From the NCBI GenBank assembly GCA_965205855.1, contig OZ242184.1:1337275-1401274 (forward strand): a stretch of 64,000 bases of DNA, in the 5' to 3' direction. The stretch is from Thermodesulfobacteriota bacterium (GTDB lineage: Bacteria > Desulfobacterota_D > UBA1144 > Nemesobacterales > Mycalebacteriaceae). Below, piece by piece: positions 60,786 through 64,000 of the stretch (the stretch's first letter is position 1; each line of letters starts with the position of its first letter). A model generated the notes under the pieces. That model searched no databases. It worked only from the letters and a program-made list of their open reading frames with translations, and was not told the DNA's origin. The position numbers and the translations under genes are program-made.

Positions 60786-63700
60786 TCAGCGGGAAAACAT
60801 CGCGACCGCGGAGTGCAAAGCGGATTTCACGTTTAAGCGCCGCCCGAACGCAAACTGCTTAGCGTCATCCAGTATGATATAGAGCATCGGTACGATAAAC
60901 AGCAGTATGACCGTTCCGAAAAGAAGGCCGAAACCGAGCGCGATTGCCATCGGAGCAAGAAAAGAGGTCTCACCCCTTGTCTGATGCATAAGCGAGGCAA
61001 GTCCCCCGAAAGTGGTCAACGAGGTGATTACGATAGGCCTGAAGCGGTATTTTGCCGCGACCGCAACGGCAAAAATCCTATTCATTTTCATTTTATGCCT
61101 TCTGCTGTTTATGAAATCCATTAAAACAAGACTGTCATTCACCACCACGCCCATCAAAGCCACAGTGCCAATTATCGCCGGAAGTGTGAACGGCTCGTTT
61201 CTGAGCAAAACGCCGATGAGAACCCCCACCATCGCGAAAGGCATAACGCTCATAATAATTAGCGGCTGGAAATAGGAGTTCAGAATGGAAGCGAGAATTA
61301 TGTATATGAGCATAAACGCTATGAGGGAAGCCCTTATGATATCAGCAAGCGCGGCGGCAAAATCCTCTTGCTCTCCCCCGAATTCAAAAAAGTATCCCGG
61401 ATATTTGTCCATAATCCCCGACAAAAAATCCCCCACTTGAGAATTTGCCGCATTTGAAGTTATAACCGCCTGATCAACCTCCGCCGAAACTGTCGCGGCT
61501 CTTTTGTAATTGACCCGTCTGATATCCAGAAGCGCTGGGCGGGTTTGTATGTCCGCCACGTTGCCAAGCGAAACCCAGCCAGAAGAGGATTTGATTTGAT
61601 GCGTGCTCAAAAGAGTGGAGATATCCTCCGGAGGTCCCCTGTATTTGAGCCTGATATTCGCCTCTTCCTTGTCCACCCTTGTTGTGGCGGCGTCAAGACC
61701 GCCTCCGAGAGCTTTCACTTCTCTCGCTATCTCAACCGTGTTGAGCCCGAAATCCGCCGCTTTTTTTTCGTCCACATTCAGATTCACCTCGTTTTTGCCC
61801 CACAAAAGGTCACTGCTGACGCCTGAAACTCCGGGAATTGTGGAAAGAAATTCTTCCGCCCGTGCCGCTATCTCCCTTAAAATCTCCGTATCCTCGCCGA
61901 GTATCCTGACATTGACCGGCTTTCCCACCGGCGGACCGACATCTATGACAAAATCCGTAAGTGACAGAGCGGCAACCGACCGGGAAACCTCATCCCTTAT
62001 CCTATTCATTACCTCTTTGCCGTTTTCGGAACGTTTTTCATAATCTTCATACTCAACCACAATGGTTGCCAGATGGTCCCCCGTTGTGGTTATGTCCGAG
62101 CCGGCAGAGTCTATTCCCGCAACTGAAAGGATGTTTTTCAACATATGCGGGGGAACTTCCCGCCGGGTTATGTCCTCAATCCTCCTGACCGAGCTCTCCG
62201 TATAGTCAAGGCTTGACTGCGCCGGCATTCTGACACGCACGAGAAACTCAACCGTGTCACGCACATAGAAGATGACAACCGGCATTCTTGACATCACCCA
62301 CAGCGACACAAACAGAACCCCGAGTATCACTCCCATAACCGCATAGCGCTTCCTGAGAGAGAAAACCAGCCCTTTCATATACTGCGCGCGTAAGGCGACA
62401 ACCCATTTACGCGATTTGTTCCTCGCCACGGGCTTCAGATATTCGGCGCAGTGTGAGGGCATTATCACAAACGCTTCTATCATCGAGACCGCAAGCGCGA
62501 AAATGGCGACTTGCGGAATTATGGAAAGAAACTGCCCTATTAACCCTCCGGCAACCAGAAGCGGAAGGAAAGCGGCAAGGTTTGTCAACACGGTCGCCAT
62601 GACCGGAACGGCGACTTCGCGTGTTCCCATAAGCGCGGCGCGCGCCGCGCCGACACCGGCGGTAATGTGCCTCTGCACATTCTCAACCACCACGACCGCA
62701 TCGTCCACGACAATGCCGATTACCAAAACCATTCCGAACATCGATATGAGGTTCAAGGTCACCCCGGTCAGTTTCATAAGTATCAGTGCGCCGAAAAACG
62801 AAACCGGTATGCCCGCCGCCGCAATCGCCGCAGCTCGCGGATTGAGAAAAAGCGCGAGCACAATCAGCACAAGCACAAGCCCTATGGCACCGCTTCTAAG
62901 CATTGTGGAAAACCGCTTCTGTGCATAGACGGAATTGTCGCTTGTGACAAAAACATCAATTCCTTCGGGAAACCCCGCACGCGTCTTTTCTATCTCCGCC
63001 TTTATTCTCTCAACGGTTCTTATGGCATGGACATTTTTCTGCTTGTTTATGAGAAACGAGACCGCCGGTTTTCCGTTTATCCTTGAGCGCGTAACCTCTT
63101 CTTCGGTTCCAAACCTCACAGAGGCAATCTGGCTGATGAGCACCTGCCTGTCTCCCGCGCGAACCGGAACGGCGAGGATTTCGCTCTCGGTTCTCAACTT
63201 CCCCTTTGTTCTTATAAGGTATCCAAAATCCCCCTGTGTCAGTTTTCCGCCGGGAAAATCAATGTTTCTTCCCCTGATGGCGGTTCGGACATCGTTTATT
63301 GAAATGTTGTGCTGGCGCAGTTTTAACGGGTCTACGTTCACCCAGAAAGCCGGGTCGCTCATTCCCGAAGTTGTGAGCGAGCCGACCCCCCTGACAAGAC
63401 GCAGCCTGTCTCTGAGTTTGAGGGCGTGAGACCTCAAAACCGCGGGCTCAACATTTCCGCCCATTGAAACGTTGATTAACGGGAAATTCGGCTCAAGCTC
63501 TTTTACAACGGGTGTTTCGCTGTCTTCGGGAAGACGGGAAGCTATGCTTGAAATGCGCGAATTGATGTCCTGAGCCACTCTGGCGGTGTTCTCTCCGGCG
63601 CGCAACTCAACAACAATTACAGAAACGCCTTCGGAAGAAACAGACTTCACCTTGTCTATTCCCGACAGGTCGCTTATCTCCTCCTCTATCGGAATGGTAA

Positions 63701-63887
63701 CAAGCCGCTCAACATCCTCCGCGCTCGCGCCCTGATATGAGGTTCTGACCGTAACAATTTCAAGCCCCACGGAAGGAAAAGTCTCAAGCGGCAGACCGAG
63801 GTAAATGAGAAAACCCGAAGCGATTATGCCAATCATGAGAAGATTGGCGAAAACGGGATTTCTGATTGAAAAACCTATTAGACTCAT
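60786..63887 (-). CDS. RND efflux permease (AcrB/AcrD/AcrF family)
   Basis: GIVVDDAVVVVEN, RFRPIVITSLTT; 1033 aa with RND topology. Confidence 0.95.
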   Translation of the reverse strand: MSLIGFSIRNPVFANLLMIGIIASGFLIYLGLPLETFPSVGLEIVTVRTSYQGASAEDVERLVTIPIEEEISDLSGIDKVKSVSSEGVSVIVVELRAGENTARVAQDINSRISSIASRLPEDSETPVVKELEPNFPLINVSMGGNVEPAVLRSHALKLRDRLRLVRGVGSLTTSGMSDPAFWVNVDPLKLRQHNISINDVRTAIRGRNIDFPGGKLTQGDFGYLIRTKGKLRTESEILAVPVRAGDRQVLISQIASVRFGTEEEVTRSRINGKPAVSFLINKQKNVHAIRTVERIKAEIEKTRAGFPEGIDVFVTSDNSVYAQKRFSTMLRSGAIGLVLVLIVLALFLNPRAAAIAAAGIPVSFFGALILMKLTGVTLNLISMFGMVLVIGIVVDDAVVVVENVQRHITAGVGAARAALMGTREVAVPVMATVLTNLAAFLPLLVAGGLIGQFLSIIPQVAIFALAVSMIEAFVIMPSHCAEYLKPVARNKSRKWVVALRAQYMKGLVFSLRKRYAVMGVILGVLFVSLWVMSRMPVVIFYVRDTVEFLVRVRMPAQSSLDYTESSVRRIEDITRREVPPHMLKNILSVAGIDSAGSDITTTGDHLATIVVEYEDYEKRSENGKEVMNRIRDEVSRSVAALSLTDFVIDVGPPVGKPVNVRILGEDTEILREIAARAEEFLSTIPGVSGVSSDLLWGKNEVNLNVDEKKAADFGLNTVEIAREVKALGGGLDAATTRVDKEEANIRLKYRGPPEDISTLLSTHQIKSSSGWVSLGNVADIQTRPALLDIRRVNYKRAATVSAEVDQAVITSNAANSQVGDFLSGIMDKYPGYFFEFGGEQEDFAAALADIIRASLIAFMLIYIILASILNSYFQPLIIMSVMPFAMVGVLIGVLLRNEPFTLPAIIGTVALMGVVVNDSLVLMDFINSRRHKMKMNRIFAVAVAAKYRFRPIVITSLTTFGGLASLMHQTRGETSFLAPMAIALGFGLLFGTVILLFIVPMLYIILDDAKQFAFGRRLNVKSALHSAVAMFSR

Positions 63888-63888
63888 A

Positions 63889-64000
63889 CTAACGACCGCT
63901 CAGAACTTTCACCGCACGCCCGTCGTAAAGGCGGGAATTCCCCTCGATTATTATCCGCGAGCCCATGGGAAACAGGGATGCGGGCACTGCAACGGTACGA
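63889..64000 (-). CDS. RND membrane fusion protein, C-terminus (runs off window end)
   Basis: ...GSRIIIEGNSRLYDGRAVKVLSGR* ends 1 nt before the permease ATG. Confidence 0.65.
   Translation of the reverse strand, partial: RTVAVPASLFPMGSRIIIEGNSRLYDGRAVKVLSGR

Overview
Mostly core-genome bacterial DNA of moderate GC, with one accessory island. The gene set and order suggest a deltaproteobacteria-like diderm, possibly Candidatus Dadabacteria; this is inference, not verified. Housekeeping genes include yidC-jag, secA, smc, rrf2-sufBCD-Rieske, rho, yebC-ruvCAB, argS, ffh-rpsP-khpA-rimM-trmD-rplS, polA, pepA, rsmA, msrA, a peroxiredoxin, fbaB, gap-pgk, argC, two IscS/NifS genes and an RND pump. 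Also present are the F420 genes cofD and cofE, a thiolase-like/DUF35/MaoC trio, two small pseudogenes and a lone DUF2075 helicase. The standout is an ~11 kb AT-richer defence-like island (42723-53500) encoding a PLD-SNF2 helicase and an Eco57I-like adenine MTase. The MTase 3' tail recurs twice more downstream, separating cargo blocks: an ABC-ATPase/TOPRIM gene and two copies of a small GIY-YIG nuclease. Each GIY-YIG gene is bracketed by perfect 28-bp inverted CGTC-type palindromes (ATTCCC-N8-GGGAAT) plus arrays of half-sites. There is also a 5x110-bp tandem amplification of the gene's 5' end and a 32-bp piece of the flanking gene copied 7 times into the repeat arrays. This looks like a REP-associated GIY-YIG mobile element inside an MTase-tail cassette array.
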